From Methanocaldococcus indicus (GTDB lineage Archaea > AGJL01 > Methanococci > Methanococcales > Methanocaldococcaceae), in the NCBI RefSeq assembly GCF_049554935.1, contig NZ_CP186926.1, positions 576,001-640,000 of the forward strand: DNA of 64,000 nt. Direction: 5' to 3'. The number at the start of each line of letters is the position of its first letter. Position 1 is the first letter of the stretch. The position numbers were made by a program, and so were the translations under genes. The notes beneath the pieces were generated by a model, which was given only the letters and a program-made list of their open reading frames with translations, made no database searches and was not told the origin of the DNA. Positions 30,586 to 43,390 of the stretch are shown in pieces.

Positions 30586-31147
30586 GTTCCCCTACTTTAA
30601 CCAAAATTTTGTAGTTCTTTGGTAGAATTAAAGCTGTTTGTGAGCCAAGTTTTATTTTTCCAATTAGTTCTCCAACTTCAACAGTGTCATTAACATGAAC
30701 ATAATAAACACATCTTTTAGCAACTACTCCTGCAATTTGAACAACTCCTATATAATCTCCATTATTTGCTTTTATAATCATTATATTTCTTTCATTGTTC
30801 TTTTCAACATTGTTAAAGAATGCTGGATAAAAACTACCATCAATATGCTTCATATAAACTACTTTTCCACTTACAGGAGCTCTATTTACATGAACATCTA
30901 ATGGAGACATAAATATTCCAATAACATAAGCCCCTTCTGGAAAATACTTACTAATATTTAATTTATATGAATTCCCATCTTTAAATACTTCTATATCTTT
31001 ACTAAATGTTATATACTCAACAGTGCCATCAGCAGGAGATAAAACAACAGAATCATTAACATTAGGAATGTCAATATCTGGAACTCTATAAAAGTATGCT
31101 GTAAATAACATCAACACAACAACAGAAAAAGCAAACAACTTCTTCAT
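30542..31147 (-). CDS. psd: Archaetidylserine/phosphatidylserine decarboxylase proenzyme
   Basis: SPADG, IFMSPLDVHVNRAPVSG, NERN, QIAG, LGS autocleavage site. Confidence 0.92.
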   Translation of the reverse strand: MKKLFAFSVVVLMLFTAYFYRVPDIDIPNVNDSVVLSPADGTVEYITFSKDIEVFKDGNSYKLNISKYFPEGAYVIGIFMSPLDVHVNRAPVSGKVVYMKHIDGSFYPAFFNNVEKNNERNIMIIKANNGDYIGVVQIAGVVAKRCVYYVHVNDTVEVGELIGKIKLGSQTALILPKNYKILVKVGEHVKGGKTIIAIRNN

Positions 31148-31193
31148 GTTCTCACCTAAAAAGAAATTAGAGCTTAAAATTTATAAATTAAGG

Positions 31194-31252
31194 GGCATCA
31201 GACGGCTTGCTACTCATCACAATTCAGACGGGGATAAACATTATCATCTGCC
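31194..31252 (-). ncRNA. Dual-guide box C/D sRNA overlapping the alaS stop codon
   Basis: Minus strand: GGCA-G-AUGAUAA(C)-UGUUUAUCCCCGU-CUGA(D')-AUU-GUGAUGA(C')-GUAGCAAGCCGU-CUGA(D)-UGCC; 4-bp terminal stem; GC-rich island in an AT-rich gap. Confidence 0.88.
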
Positions 31253-33883
31253 TATAAGATTTTTAATAATCTCTTTTATATTATTTATATCTTTATCTGT
31301 TTTACCTTTGGCAAGATAGTCTTTTCCACCACCTTTTCCAATAATCTTAATTAGTTCATTCATATCTATTTTTACATTGTCCCCTCTCTTGCACACAATA
31401 AAGTTATTTTCATTGATTAAGATAACTATTTTATTGTCTAAAGCTAAATTATCTACTAAACTTAGCATTTCATTTGGATTTAAATTAACTTTTTCTACTA
31501 ATATTTCATATTCTCCAATCTTCTCAAATTTATTCATTAATTCATATTTTTTAAGCTCACCAACTTTCTTCTCCAACTCCTCTACCTTTTTTCTTAGTTG
31601 TTTATATTCATCATATAGTTTTTCAACTCCTTTATCTATCTCCTCAGGATTTACTCTTAAAATTTCTGATGCTTTATTTATCTTATCCTCTAACTCTTGA
31701 ATATATTCTAAAGATTTCAATCCAGATGAAAAGATAACTCTCTCTACACCATCTTGAATTCTTTCTGTCTTTAATATCTTTATAAATCCTACCTCTCCGG
31801 TATTTTGGCAATGAGTTCCTCCACAAGCTTGCACATCTATAATATTGTTATTGTTATCTTTAATCATAACAATTCTCAATATATCTCCTGGAACTACTCC
31901 TCCTTGATATATTCTAAATCCAAATTTTTCCTCAGCTTCATTCCTATCCATAAATACACTTTCTATTTTATAGTTACTAAGAACTATTTTATTAGCTATC
32001 TTTTCAATTTTCTTTAGTTCTTCTCTACTTATTCTTTTATAATGTGTTATATCTAACCTTGCTTTATCTACATCAACATCTGAACCAGCTTGCCAAATAT
32101 GTTTTCCCAAAACTTCTCTTAAAGAGGCTAAAATTATATGGACTGAGGTATGATGTCTCATTAAACTCTCTCTTCTTTCCCAATCTATTACACCTTCTAC
32201 TTCATCTCCTTCTTTTAAATCATCAATATCTTCAACCTTGTGTAAAACAGATTTTCCTGATTTTTGCACATCAACAACTCTATATTTTTTATTATCTTTT
32301 ATTAAAAATCCTGTATCTGGTTTTTGTCCTCCTCCTTCTGGATAGAAAAGAGTTTTATCTAAAACTATATAGTTATCAATTATCTTTAAAATCTTTGCTT
32401 TAAATTGTTTTTCTTTTGGATACTTATAAAATAGAAGCTCTGTTTCTAAATCTACTTTTGGTAATGTTTTTTCCTCTTTCTTTATGTCTTTTTGTTCATG
32501 TCTCTCAGCTACAATAGTATAGAAGTTATCTGGAATCTCAATATCTTTATTGTATTTCTTTGCTATCTCTCTAACAATTTCAGGAGGTATTCCATGACTA
32601 TCATACAACTCTATTAATTTATCTAAATCTATTTTATTGGATTTTAACAATCTCTTAACTAAGTTCTCTCCTCTTCTTAATGTTTCTCTATATCTCTTTT
32701 CCTCAATTTCCAAAACTTCTTTTATATAATCTTCCATCTCCAAAAGTTCTGGATAGAGATTTTTTAATTTTTTAAGGTGCCATTCAACTAAATCATAGAG
32801 TTCTAATGAAATATTTAACTTATCAAGATGTCTTAAACTTTTTCTTATTAACATTCTTGCTAAATATCCATCTTTAACATTTGAAGGAACTATGCCATCT
32901 CCTAACATAAAAGCCAATGCTCTTGTGTGGTCTGAAAGAGCATAGATATTTTCATAAGGTTCTAATAAATTGTTGAGTTCTTCCACAGTTAAACCAACAT
33001 GCTTAGCTAATTCTGCTCTCAATTTTGATAAGTTATCTGCCTCAATCATTCCAGATAACTCTGTTATTTTTTGTAAGATTTCTTTATCTATATCCTTAAC
33101 ACCAGATTCTTTTTTCAATTTTTTTATTAAATCTTCAAATAAAGCATCATAAATAGTTTCTTTTCCAGTTGAAGCCCATACAAATCTCTCTATTCCATAA
33201 CCTGTATCAACAATTTTTAAAGGAATCTCTTTATATCCATTCCCTACTTTCTCATACTGCATAAATACAAGAGTAGCCAACTCAACACCATGAGTTAATA
33301 CCTCAAAACAAGGTCCGGCATTTCCTCCTCCTTCCCACCAACTTTCTATAAATGTTATTGATTTTTCATCAATTCCTAATTTTTTAAAGAAGTTAAAACA
33401 TAATTCAACTGTCTCATCTTTCCAGTAAATATAGTTATTTTCATAGTTAAAAGCATGATGTCCTCCCATAGTGAAGCATGTCAAATGCCTACCAGTTCTT
33501 CCTACATTATCTACATCAGTCAATCTAATACATGGTTGTGCTATAACCAATGGATTTGCCTTTGGTTTAACTAACCCCTTAGTAACCCATGGCTGAAATA
33601 CAGCTATAGAGGCAATTGTTAATAAAATATCATCTCTCCATCTCTTAGCAGTTACAGGAGCTCTTTTTATTGGTTTATGGCCATGTTCTTCAAAAAATTT
33701 TATAAATTCTTTAACCATTTCTTCATAAGTGTAAGGTTTCTTAGTTATTGGCTTTCCAATAAATGAATACTTATCACAAGGCACATCTCCACAAGTCTCT
33801 CTCTCCTCTAAGCTCCAAAAAGTTTTACCACACTTCTTACATTTTTGTTTTTTAAATCCCAACTCCTCAAAAAGCTTAATCAT
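31244..33883 (-). CDS. alaS: Alanine--tRNA ligase (archaeal type)
   Basis: [56 protein letters not shown]. Confidence 0.97.
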   Translation of the reverse strand: MIKLFEELGFKKQKCKKCGKTFWSLEERETCGDVPCDKYSFIGKPITKKPYTYEEMVKEFIKFFEEHGHKPIKRAPVTAKRWRDDILLTIASIAVFQPWVTKGLVKPKANPLVIAQPCIRLTDVDNVGRTGRHLTCFTMGGHHAFNYENNYIYWKDETVELCFNFFKKLGIDEKSITFIESWWEGGGNAGPCFEVLTHGVELATLVFMQYEKVGNGYKEIPLKIVDTGYGIERFVWASTGKETIYDALFEDLIKKLKKESGVKDIDKEILQKITELSGMIEADNLSKLRAELAKHVGLTVEELNNLLEPYENIYALSDHTRALAFMLGDGIVPSNVKDGYLARMLIRKSLRHLDKLNISLELYDLVEWHLKKLKNLYPELLEMEDYIKEVLEIEEKRYRETLRRGENLVKRLLKSNKIDLDKLIELYDSHGIPPEIVREIAKKYNKDIEIPDNFYTIVAERHEQKDIKKEEKTLPKVDLETELLFYKYPKEKQFKAKILKIIDNYIVLDKTLFYPEGGGQKPDTGFLIKDNKKYRVVDVQKSGKSVLHKVEDIDDLKEGDEVEGVIDWERRESLMRHHTSVHIILASLREVLGKHIWQAGSDVDVDKARLDITHYKRISREELKKIEKIANKIVLSNYKIESVFMDRNEAEEKFGFRIYQGGVVPGDILRIVMIKDNNNNIIDVQACGGTHCQNTGEVGFIKILKTERIQDGVERVIFSSGLKSLEYIQELEDKINKASEILRVNPEEIDKGVEKLYDEYKQLRKKVEELEKKVGELKKYELMNKFEKIGEYEILVEKVNLNPNEMLSLVDNLALDNKIVILINENNFIVCKRGDNVKIDMNELIKIIGKGGGKDYLAKGKTDKDINNIKEIIKNLIGR

Positions 33884-33929
33884 TAAACCACCATAAAAAT
33901 TTATTTAAATTTTTAACTATTAAAATAAT

Positions 33930-34304
33930 TTATTGTTCTTTTTCTTCTAATTTAACAATTGCCTCAGCTATATCTCCATTACATTCTTCTAATGCTTTTC
34001 TTGCTTCTTCTTCTGAAACATTACATTGCTCAGCAACTAATTTAACATCTTCCTCACTAATCTCTAATTTAACTTCTTTTTCTTCTTCTTTAACTTTTTT
34101 ATGCTTTCCAGTTATAGAATATGTTTTAATTCCTAAAACATCCATAACTTGAACTTTTGGTTTTTCAAAAACCCATTTTTCACCATTTTTAAATATGAAT
34201 ATTACAGTATCAACATCTAAATCTTTTGCATTCATACCCATATCTTTCATCATTCTTTCCATTTTCTTTAACATTTTTGGATTTAATCTGCCTCCTGGAA
34301 ACAT
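33930..34304 (-). CDS. nac: Nascent polypeptide-associated complex protein
   Basis: MFPGG..NP.M..MM..MG; C-terminal UBA-like EDVKLVAEQ..VSEEEARKAL...GDIAEAI. Confidence 0.93.
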   Translation of the reverse strand: MFPGGRLNPKMLKKMERMMKDMGMNAKDLDVDTVIFIFKNGEKWVFEKPKVQVMDVLGIKTYSITGKHKKVKEEEKEVKLEISEEDVKLVAEQCNVSEEEARKALEECNGDIAEAIVKLEEKEQ

Positions 34305-34613
34305 AGTATCCCCCTATTAATTTTTTTATTTTTAACTAAATTTTAAAGAAATAATATTAATAAATATTATTAAAGGTTATGTTTAGGAAATTTCATTTAA
34401 TATTGTTTTATATAAATATGTTAATATTTTGTAAATATTTTTATAAAATAATGTTTAGAAAACGCAAAAGAATTTATTCAATGAAGAGCAATAAGATACT
34501 AAAACAAATAAATAAAATCAAGCTATAAAAAAAAATTACACAGTCCAATAATTATAATTTTATATTGTACTTTCTAATTATTTGTTAAGATTTTTAGAAT
34601 TTTTGGTGAAAAT

Positions 34614-35282
34614 ATGGATGTTGCTGTTCTCTATTCTGGTGGAAAAGATTCAAACTATGCATTATATTGGGCTATAAAAGAAGGATTTAATGTCAAATAT
34701 TTGGTTAATGTAGAAAGTGAAAATAAAGAGAGCTATATGTTCCATATTCCTAATGTGCATTTAACTGAGTTAAGTGCAAAAGCAGCTGAAATTCCATTAG
34801 TTAAGATATATACAAAAGGAGAGAAAGAGAAAGAAGTTGAAGATTTAAAAGAAGGTTTGAAAGAGTTGGATGTTGATGGAATAGTGACAGGAGCAATAGC
34901 AAGTAGATATCAAAAAGAGAGAATAGATAGAGTTTGTAAAGAGTTAAATATAAAAAGTTTTTCTCCATTGTGGCAAAAAAATCCTGAATGGATTTTAAGA
35001 ACTGTCTCTGAGCTGTTTGATGTAATTATTGTAGGAGTTTATGCTTATGGCTTAGGAAAGGAATGGTTAGGTAAGAGAATAGACAAAAATAACATAGATA
35101 AATTATTAAAAATTTGTGAAAAGTATGGAATACATAAAGCATTTGAAGGTGGAGAAGCTGAAACTTTTGTATTAGATTCTCCTGTATTTAAAAAAAGAAT
35201 TGTAATTGAAGAGAGTGAAATAGAGTGGCATGACTATTGGGGAATATATCATATAAAGAAGGCTAAATTAGTGGAAAAATGA
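34614..35282 (+). CDS. dph6: Diphthine--ammonia ligase (Dph6/DUF71 PP-loop ATPase)
   Basis: [33 protein letters not shown]. Confidence 0.88.
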   Translation: MDVAVLYSGGKDSNYALYWAIKEGFNVKYLVNVESENKESYMFHIPNVHLTELSAKAAEIPLVKIYTKGEKEKEVEDLKEGLKELDVDGIVTGAIASRYQKERIDRVCKELNIKSFSPLWQKNPEWILRTVSELFDVIIVGVYAYGLGKEWLGKRIDKNNIDKLLKICEKYGIHKAFEGGEAETFVLDSPVFKKRIVIEESEIEWHDYWGIYHIKKAKLVEK

Positions 35283-36871
35283 AGACAGATGTTTTAATAA
35301 TTGGTGGTGGAGGAGCTGCTTTAAGAGCTGCTATAGAATGTAAAGGGATGGATGTTGTTATAGCTACTAAAGGGCTATTAGGAAAGAGTGGCTGCACAGT
35401 TATGGCAGAAGGAGGATACAATGCAGTTTTTAAGAAAGAGGATAGTTTTAAAAAACATTTTTATGACACTGTTAAAGGGGGAAGATTTATAAACAATCCT
35501 AAATTAGTAGAGATTTTAGTTAAAAATGCTCCAAAGGAGCTAATAAACTTAGAAAAATTTGGAGCTCTTTTTGATAGAATTAATAAGGATATAGCTCAAA
35601 GACCATTTGGTGGGCAAAGTTTTAATAGAACTTGTTATTCAGGAGATAGAACAGGGCATGAAATTATTTCCTCTCTATTAGAATATCTTTCAAAGTATAA
35701 TAGAGTTAAAATTTTAGAGGATGTTATGGCCGTAAAGTTAATAGTTAAGAATAATAGATGTTATGGAGCTATCTTTTTAGATTTAATTAATGAAAAAATT
35801 TTTCCTATTTTTGCAAAATCAACTATTTTAGCAACAGGTGGAGCTGGACAAATATATAAAGTAACATCAAATCCAATACATAAGACAGGAGATGGATTTG
35901 CATTAGCTTATGATGTTGGAGTTGAATTAATAGATATGGAGATGGTTCAATTTCATCCTACTGGTATAGCAAATAAAGGTATTTTAGTTACAGAAGCTGT
36001 TAGAGGAGAAGGAGGGATTTTATTAAATAGATTTAATGAAAGATTTATGGTTAAGTATGATAAAGAGAGATTAGAGCTATCAACAAGAGATGTTGTAGCA
36101 AGAGCAATATATAAAGAGATTATGGAAGGTAGAGGTGTTAATGGAGGAGTTTATTTAGATGTTACACATCTTCCTAAGGAAGTTATAGAAAAGAGATTAG
36201 AAACTACATTTAAGCAATTTTTGAGGTTGGGAATAGATATAAGAAAAGAGAAAATGATTGTTTCACCAACTGCTCATCATTTTATGGGTGGAATTAAGAT
36301 AGATGAATACTGTAAAACTAATATAGATGGTTTATTTGCTTGTGGAGAAGTTTGTGGAGGAATACATGGAGCTAATAGATTAGGAGGAAATGCATTGGCA
36401 GATACACAAGTATTTGGAGCAATAGCTGGAAGAGAAGCTAAAAAATTTGCTGAGGAGAATGAGTTTGATATAATAGATGTTAATTTAGATAAGATATATG
36501 TTGAATTGGATGGAGAATTTAATCTATTAAAATTGATTGATAAACTTAAAGAGATAATGTGGAAATATGTTTCTATAATTAGAAGTGAAGAATCCTTAAA
36601 AAGAGCTTATAATGAAATAGAAGAATTAGAAAATAAAATTAATAATTGTTATGGGCCTCTACAAAAATTTTATGAGCTAAAAAATATGATAACTGTAAGT
36701 AAGTTGGTTATAAAATCTGCTTTATATAGGGAAGAGAGTAGAGGAGCACATTATAGAGAGGATTATCCAGAAGAAAGAGAAGAATGGAGAGGAAATATAA
36801 TTATTAGAGAAAATAAAATAACATTTAAAAAAGTAGATTATGATGTTGAAGAATATTTAAAATCTATTTAA
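35279..36871 (+). CDS. tfrA: Thiol:fumarate reductase subunit A (SdhA/FrdA flavoprotein family)
   Basis: [70 protein letters not shown]. Confidence 0.87.
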   Translation: MKTDVLIIGGGGAALRAAIECKGMDVVIATKGLLGKSGCTVMAEGGYNAVFKKEDSFKKHFYDTVKGGRFINNPKLVEILVKNAPKELINLEKFGALFDRINKDIAQRPFGGQSFNRTCYSGDRTGHEIISSLLEYLSKYNRVKILEDVMAVKLIVKNNRCYGAIFLDLINEKIFPIFAKSTILATGGAGQIYKVTSNPIHKTGDGFALAYDVGVELIDMEMVQFHPTGIANKGILVTEAVRGEGGILLNRFNERFMVKYDKERLELSTRDVVARAIYKEIMEGRGVNGGVYLDVTHLPKEVIEKRLETTFKQFLRLGIDIRKEKMIVSPTAHHFMGGIKIDEYCKTNIDGLFACGEVCGGIHGANRLGGNALADTQVFGAIAGREAKKFAEENEFDIIDVNLDKIYVELDGEFNLLKLIDKLKEIMWKYVSIIRSEESLKRAYNEIEELENKINNCYGPLQKFYELKNMITVSKLVIKSALYREESRGAHYREDYPEEREEWRGNIIIRENKITFKKVDYDVEEYLKSI

Positions 36872-37895
36872 TTCCTAATGCTTTATTTGTTTTTTCTATT
36901 GACTTAAAGTTATCCTCTTCTAATTGGAGCATAGCTCTTATACAGTCAATATTTTCAGGAACTACAATACTCTCTTGATGGACAGCTTGCATTAAAAATA
37001 ACTCATTTTCAACAATATTTACACTCTCTTTCCATATTACTAATTCAGGTATATCATATCTCTCTCTACCTAAGTCTCTTCCATACTCTATAATTTGAGC
37101 TGTTGATGTGAAACCATCTTCATAACTTACTGTTATTACTCTTGGAGTTTTCTCTATACTGTCTAATATATCATCTACATTAACACTTTTTTCTAACTCA
37201 ACCATTAATGTATGTTGATGCATTAAAGTTGTAGGAACAATTAAAGCTGATGTTAATACTTTTCCTTCAAATTCTGGGATAACTGAGATAACATCTGGAC
37301 CATGGTGAGATGGAACTGTAACAGGATTTGGTTTTATTGCATTTACTGGGCCGGTTTTGTCATCATTTGGGTCTGCTGCTCTCCTAACTAAAACAATTCT
37401 TGCCTTTTTTATTTCACTTACATTGTTTATGAAATAAAATGCTCTACATAATCCTGTTGTATTACATGAGACAACTCTGATATAATCTTTTCCAAAACAT
37501 CTGTTATAACTCCACAAAGCATTAAAATTATCTTCTACATCTTTTGCTTTTTCCCCACCTTGTAAGATAGCTTTAACTTTGTAAGGTTTATATATCTCTT
37601 CCAAATTCTTCTTACCTACTTTTTTAGGAGCTCCATCTACTACTATATCAGCTTCCTCAATAACATCTAAAATAGTTCCTTCAACAGGAATTCCTTTTTC
37701 TTCAAATAACTTTAATCTCTCTTTATCTGGAATTGCACAATATAATTTATATCCTTTTTCTACTGCTAACTTTGCCTCAAAATCTGGCTTTGTTTTTGTA
37801 ACTCCTAAAACTTCCATATCTTTCTGCTTACTTACAGCATCTGCTACTCTCTTACCAATTGAACCATATCCATTTATTAACACTTTAACTGTCAT
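36864..37895 (-). CDS. gap: Glyceraldehyde-3-phosphate dehydrogenase (archaeal type II)
   Basis: [48 protein letters not shown]. Confidence 0.96.
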   Translation of the reverse strand: MTVKVLINGYGSIGKRVADAVSKQKDMEVLGVTKTKPDFEAKLAVEKGYKLYCAIPDKERLKLFEEKGIPVEGTILDVIEEADIVVDGAPKKVGKKNLEEIYKPYKVKAILQGGEKAKDVEDNFNALWSYNRCFGKDYIRVVSCNTTGLCRAFYFINNVSEIKKARIVLVRRAADPNDDKTGPVNAIKPNPVTVPSHHGPDVISVIPEFEGKVLTSALIVPTTLMHQHTLMVELEKSVNVDDILDSIEKTPRVITVSYEDGFTSTAQIIEYGRDLGRERYDIPELVIWKESVNIVENELFLMQAVHQESIVVPENIDCIRAMLQLEEDNFKSIEKTNKALGIK

Positions 37896-37906
37896 TTTTC
37901 TCACCT

Positions 37907-39163
37907 TTATTCATTATCATGTATTTTTAAAACATCTAACTTCTTACATATACATTTTTTGTTTAAAATAGATGAAACTGATGGCTTAGTTCTACCTTCA
38001 TCTCCACTTATAAGCTCTTTTATATATAAACCACCATCACAAAATATCTCCAATTCTAAGGATTTATCATTTAATTTTTTAGCTTTTACATTATAAACTT
38101 TTCTAACTCTTTCTAAATCAGCTCTTCTATGCAATACTCTTCTTGGAGTTCTTTGATATATTACTCTATTTTTTAATTCCTCTTCTATCTTTTTTATATC
38201 TTCCTCATTAACATTTTCTTCACATTCTACAATAGCCCTATATGTTTTTTTGTGAGGTGTATTTTTAAATAAAACTTTGTCTTTTCTTTCTCCAAATTCT
38301 AAGTTTAATACTTCAACTCTTCCATCTTTATTAATTAGTTTTTCAATTTCTTTTAAGTTTAACTTCCTTTTTTTAGGTTCTTTAATCTCAATAACAAAAG
38401 GTCTTCCATTTCCAAGCATTCTCACATCTATATCTTCTCTTCCAGCACCATGAAATCTATAATCTAAACCATTAGCAAATTTTAAAACAACATCCCCAAT
38501 TATCTGCTCTACTGATGTAGGATACTTCTTACCTGTATAGTTACAGTATTTACAACCTCTACCTCTACAATAAGAGCATAACCATCTTGTTTGTGGTATT
38601 CCTCTAACTAACTTTCTATATCTCCCTTTTATAAAAAGAGGATTAATTTGGAGAGTTACTTTTTCATCATAAGGATTTATATGTATTACTATATCTGGCT
38701 TCTCCCTATCTGGTTTTTTACCAATATGTTTAGCTAAAAACTTACCAAACTCTCTTCCAAACTCTTGTTTAATACTTTCCATGTAACTATATTTCTCTGT
38801 TAGTTGTGTTTCTAAATCTTTTACATCATCTGGAAGATGAGTCCCTACTAAAAAAGTGTCAAATTCATAATCTTTTATTAGTTCAATAACTTTGTTTAAA
38901 AGTTTTTTAAATTTTTCTTCATTAAATATCCCTTTACACCAAACACATTCCTCTTCTGAATATCCTTTTTTTAATATCTCCAAAAGTTCTTTTTCATCTT
39001 CACTTATTTTATTCTCTTTTAGATTTTTTTCTAATTCTAATGCCTTAGCTATTCTTAAACTCTTTCCCCTCTCTACATTTGAAAGATGTAAAAGCTTTCC
39101 ATACAATCTACCTATACATCTATCACACAGTTTATAATCTTTTAAAATTTCTAAGTTAAACAT
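37907..39163 (-). CDS. pus10: tRNA pseudouridine(54/55) synthase Pus10
   Basis: [59 protein letters not shown]. Confidence 0.95.
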   Translation of the reverse strand: MFNLEILKDYKLCDRCIGRLYGKLLHLSNVERGKSLRIAKALELEKNLKENKISEDEKELLEILKKGYSEEECVWCKGIFNEEKFKKLLNKVIELIKDYEFDTFLVGTHLPDDVKDLETQLTEKYSYMESIKQEFGREFGKFLAKHIGKKPDREKPDIVIHINPYDEKVTLQINPLFIKGRYRKLVRGIPQTRWLCSYCRGRGCKYCNYTGKKYPTSVEQIIGDVVLKFANGLDYRFHGAGREDIDVRMLGNGRPFVIEIKEPKKRKLNLKEIEKLINKDGRVEVLNLEFGERKDKVLFKNTPHKKTYRAIVECEENVNEEDIKKIEEELKNRVIYQRTPRRVLHRRADLERVRKVYNVKAKKLNDKSLELEIFCDGGLYIKELISGDEGRTKPSVSSILNKKCICKKLDVLKIHDNE

Positions 39164-39166
39164 ATT

Positions 39167-40030
39167 TTATCCCATTCTTAATTTGTATTTTAGTCCAATA
39201 TATCCCCCAATATCCAATAAAATGATGTTTATAATTAACAGAATGAAGGTTATATAAATCAAATGCAAATCCAGAGTTGCTAAGGACATTCCCATTAATA
39301 GAGCTGGGATTAATATTGAGACATCAATTGTTACTCCAATTATTTCATACTCCTTTCCACATGCAATACTCATTCCTCCTGAAATGCCTGCAATAATAGC
39401 TACAATAGCACTTAATATTATGGATGTCTCTGAAAGATATTCTAAAACTAACTTCTTTGAAACAAAAAACAAACTTGGAATAAATGCACATAATATAACA
39501 ACACCAGAGCAAATTAACTCTTTTTTCATTCCTTTAATAAATAAATCTCTATCTCCTAAAACTGTTCCTATAGCACTGCCCATAACTGTATCAACTAAAG
39601 GAGCTATAATCATAGCTCCAATTAATGTAGGAATGTTATGCTCAATCAACCCAATAACTCCCATTATACTTGCCAATACAACTTTAATTAAGACATTGTT
39701 AGTTATTTTAACCATAGTTTTTGCTTTATAATACAGTTCCAAAGGTGATAGTGTAGTTGAAGATATTCCCTCCTCTCTACATGAAAATGTTATATTTGCT
39801 GGCATTATTGTAACACTTCCATATCCTTTTTCTCCCAAACCTAATTTTTTTAATTCTAAAACTATTTTTTCAGCATCTTTTGCTTTTGCATTGCAAGTAA
39901 TGATAATTCCATCTTCAATAGATGTTTTTAATGGTTCAATTATTGATATTGAGTAAGCATTATTCTTTTTTAGGATTTCTTCAACAGTATTTAGAAATTT
40001 TTTTGGAATTATAATTTTCATGTATCTCAT
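39167..40030 (-). CDS. TIGR00341/DUF389 family membrane protein
   Basis: [29 protein letters not shown]. Confidence 0.85.
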   Translation of the reverse strand: MRYMKIIIPKKFLNTVEEILKKNNAYSISIIEPLKTSIEDGIIITCNAKAKDAEKIVLELKKLGLGEKGYGSVTIMPANITFSCREEGISSTTLSPLELYYKAKTMVKITNNVLIKVVLASIMGVIGLIEHNIPTLIGAMIIAPLVDTVMGSAIGTVLGDRDLFIKGMKKELICSGVVILCAFIPSLFFVSKKLVLEYLSETSIILSAIVAIIAGISGGMSIACGKEYEIIGVTIDVSILIPALLMGMSLATLDLHLIYITFILLIINIILLDIGGYIGLKYKLRMG

Positions 40031-40056
40031 TGTTTTCACCAAGAATAAACAAATAT

Positions 40057-41427
40057 TTAACCTAATGCTTCTTTTATACTCTCTTTTAAAGATTTGCATA
40101 AATACTCTATTTCTTCCTCAGTTATTGTATATGGAGGATTTATAATGACAACATTTCCAATTGGTCTCATATATATTCCTCTTTTTAAGAGAGATTTTGC
40201 TACTCTAAATCCTGCCTTATATCCATATTCGTACTCTTCCTTAGTTTCTTTATCTTTAACTAACTCAATCCCAATCATAAAGCCCTTTCCTCTAACATCT
40301 CCAACTTTATCCAAATCTTTTAGCTCTCTAATTAATTCATTCAGTAGTTTTATTTTCTTTTTGTTTTTTTCTAAGATGTTCTCTTCTTTAAAAATCTCCA
40401 ATGTTGCTAAACTTGCAGAACATGCCAACTGATTTCCTGTATATGTGTGCCCATGATAAAAATGCTTAGCTTCTCCATAATCTCCTAAAAACTCATTAAA
40501 TATTTTATCTGTTGTTAATGTTGCAGCTAATGGTAAATAACCTCCTGTTATTCCCTTTCCCAAACATAAAATATCTGGTTTTTTGTATTTCTCTAAAATC
40601 TCTGAGTAAAACATTCTACCAGTTCTTCCAAAGCCAGTAGCAACTTCATCAACTATAAATGTTATATCCTCTTCTTTACATTTCTTAGCTACCTCTTTCA
40701 TATATTCATCTGGAAATGGTATCATTCCAGCAGCTCCTCTAATTCCTCCCTCTAAAATCAAACAAAATACTTCATCTTTCTTCTCTTCAATAGTTTTTAA
40801 CATCTCCTCTAAACATCTTAAATCACAACCTTTCTCAAATCTCTCATCAGTATCTTTGAAATTATTATATTTACATCTATAACAGTATGGTGCATAAACA
40901 TGATACCCCTTAAATAATAAAGGTTTAAAAATTCCATGGAAAAGTTTTGAGCCACCAACAGACATAGCTCCAACAGTATCTCCATGATAACCTTCATCAA
41001 CAGATATAAATTTATCTCTTTTCTCACCTTTTAGATAATGATACTGATAGGCAATTTTAACAGCAATCTCAACTGCCTCTGCTCCATCCTCTGAATAAAA
41101 GACTTTTGTTAAATGTTTAGGAGTTATATCAATAAGTTTTTTAGCTAATAAAATAGATGGAACATTTCCAGAACCTAAAAGAGTTGAATGACAAATTTTT
41201 TCTGCTTGATTTTTTATAGCATTTATTATTTTTTTATTACTATGTCCAAACAAGTTACACCATATGGATGAGACAGCATCTAAATATTTATTTCCATATA
41301 TATCAATTAAATAATTTCCTTCTCCTCTCTCAATGATTAAATTATCCTCTTCCATATAATCCTTCATTTGTGTATATGGATGCCAGATTAGTGTTTTATC
41401 CCAAATTTCTAAAAGTTTTTTGTTCAT
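40057..41427 (-). CDS. bioA: Adenosylmethionine--8-amino-7-oxononanoate aminotransferase
   Basis: [55 protein letters not shown]. Confidence 0.93.
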   Translation of the reverse strand: MNKKLLEIWDKTLIWHPYTQMKDYMEEDNLIIERGEGNYLIDIYGNKYLDAVSSIWCNLFGHSNKKIINAIKNQAEKICHSTLLGSGNVPSILLAKKLIDITPKHLTKVFYSEDGAEAVEIAVKIAYQYHYLKGEKRDKFISVDEGYHGDTVGAMSVGGSKLFHGIFKPLLFKGYHVYAPYCYRCKYNNFKDTDERFEKGCDLRCLEEMLKTIEEKKDEVFCLILEGGIRGAAGMIPFPDEYMKEVAKKCKEEDITFIVDEVATGFGRTGRMFYSEILEKYKKPDILCLGKGITGGYLPLAATLTTDKIFNEFLGDYGEAKHFYHGHTYTGNQLACSASLATLEIFKEENILEKNKKKIKLLNELIRELKDLDKVGDVRGKGFMIGIELVKDKETKEEYEYGYKAGFRVAKSLLKRGIYMRPIGNVVIINPPYTITEEEIEYLCKSLKESIKEALG

Positions 41428-41517
41428 TTATCTTCACCTTATATACTATCCAATTAAAAATAAATATAACCTAATCCTATTTTTTAATATCTATCAAAGA
41501 TTAAAAAGTGATGTGGC

Positions 41518-42771
41518 ATGGACAGCTTTATACAAAATCTATTTGCTGAGAGGATAGGTGGAAAAAAATTTGGGAAGGAAGAGGTTATTTATAAATTTGA
41601 GAAAATAAAAAGAGCTAAAAAAGAAGCTATGGAAAAACATCCTAATGTTGAATTAATAGATATGGGAGTTGGAGAACCAGATGAAATGGCAGATAAAGAA
41701 GTTATAGAAGTTCTATATAGAGAAGCTCAAAAATGGGAAAATAGAGGTTATGCTGACAATGGAATTCAAGAGTTAAAAGATGCTGTTCCAGAATATATGG
41801 AGAAAGTTTATGGAGTCAAAGATATAGACCCTGTTAATGAAGTTATACACTCTATTGGTTCAAAATCAGCTTTAGCCTATTTACCTTCAGCCTTTATAAA
41901 TCCAGGAGATGTTATGCTAATGACAGTTCCTGGATACCCTGTTATGGCTACTCACTCTGAGTGGTATGGAGGAGAAGTTTATAAACTTCCTTTATTAGAA
42001 GAGAACAACTTTCTTCCAGATTTAGAAAGTATTCCAAAAGATATTTTAGAAAGAGCTAAACTTCTATATTTAAATTATCCAAACAATCCAACAGGTGCTC
42101 AGGCAACTAAAAAATTCTATAAAGAGGTTGTAGATTTTGCATTTGAAAATGAGATAATTGTTGTCAATGATGCTGCTTATGGAGCATTAGTTTATGATGG
42201 AAAACCTCTTTCATTCTTATCAGTTAAAGATGCCAAAGATGTTGGAATAGAGATTCATAGCTTTTCAAAAGCATACAATATGACAGGTTGGAGATTAGCT
42301 TTTTTAGTTGGTAATGAACTAATTATTAAAGCTTTTGCAACAGTTAAGGACAATTTTGATTCAGGGCAATTTATTCCAATTCAAAAAGCTGGAATTTATT
42401 GTTTAAAGCATCCTGAAATAACTGAAAGAATTAGACAAAAGTATGAAAGAAGATTAAGAAAGATGGTAAAAATCCTTAATGAAGTTGGATTTAATGCTAA
42501 AATGCCAGGAGGAACCTTCTATTTATATGTAAAATCTCCAAAAAAAGCTAATGGTATTGAATTTAAAACAGCAGAAGACTTTTCACAATATTTAATAAAG
42601 GAAAAGTTAATTTCAACAGTCCCATGGGATGATGCAGGAGCTTATTTAAGATTAGCTGCATGTTTTGTAGCAAGAGATGAGAATGGTAATCCTACAACAG
42701 AAGAGAAGTATGAAGATTTATTATTAGAAGAGTTTAAAAGAAGATTAGAAGATTTAGAATTAGAATTTTAA
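41518..42771 (+). CDS. dapL: LL-diaminopimelate aminotransferase (class I/II PLP enzyme)
   Basis: DMGVGEPD, IGSK, NYPNNPTG, DAAY, SFSKAYNMTGWR, DSGQF. Confidence 0.8.
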   Translation: MDSFIQNLFAERIGGKKFGKEEVIYKFEKIKRAKKEAMEKHPNVELIDMGVGEPDEMADKEVIEVLYREAQKWENRGYADNGIQELKDAVPEYMEKVYGVKDIDPVNEVIHSIGSKSALAYLPSAFINPGDVMLMTVPGYPVMATHSEWYGGEVYKLPLLEENNFLPDLESIPKDILERAKLLYLNYPNNPTGAQATKKFYKEVVDFAFENEIIVVNDAAYGALVYDGKPLSFLSVKDAKDVGIEIHSFSKAYNMTGWRLAFLVGNELIIKAFATVKDNFDSGQFIPIQKAGIYCLKHPEITERIRQKYERRLRKMVKILNEVGFNAKMPGGTFYLYVKSPKKANGIEFKTAEDFSQYLIKEKLISTVPWDDAGAYLRLAACFVARDENGNPTTEEKYEDLLLEEFKRRLEDLELEF

Positions 42772-43193
42772 AGTTCAAAAGGATTATCTTCTACATTAAC
42801 ATTATTTTTCTTTAACCAAAATCCAAATTTTTTATCACATCTCTTTATATGACTCTCCAACCATCCAATTAAAAAAGATACAACTCTCATTAGTTCTTTA
42901 TCATCTTTTTTGATTTTATCTAATTCTCTTATCATTATATTTACAAAGATATCATGTATTTTTTTGTGATTTTCATAATCAGGATAGTTATGAAGTTCCA
43001 TATACTTTTCTTCATGCTTGAAATGTTTATCTGCATAAAAAATAATATGATTTATAAGAATATTTTTAGCTTCATCTTTTTTATTATTTAAAATTAAACT
43101 AAAAACATTATTGACAGTTTCAAGTAAAAATTTATGCTCTTCATCAAAAGTTTTTATATTCATTTCATACTCCTCACTCCACTTTAAATACAT
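42768..43193 (-). CDS. Bacteriohemerythrin (single-domain, non-heme di-iron)
   Basis: W...Y, D.EH, HF..EE..M, H...H, WL..HI...D. Confidence 0.92.
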   Translation of the reverse strand: MYLKWSEEYEMNIKTFDEEHKFLLETVNNVFSLILNNKKDEAKNILINHIIFYADKHFKHEEKYMELHNYPDYENHKKIHDIFVNIMIRELDKIKKDDKELMRVVSFLIGWLESHIKRCDKKFGFWLKKNNVNVEDNPFEL

Positions 43194-43390
43194 CTATATT
43201 TCACCTCTATTAACTTAACATTACTAAAATTTATTTTATAATATTTAAAGAAAAATTTAAATCTTTTGTAATACTAAAATGTAGAATATCACTATTATTT
43301 ACATTATTATTATAACATTTTTATTATTATTTAGTATAGATTCTGCAGATTAGTAATATGCCCAATATAAAAAAATTAAAAAATTTTATT

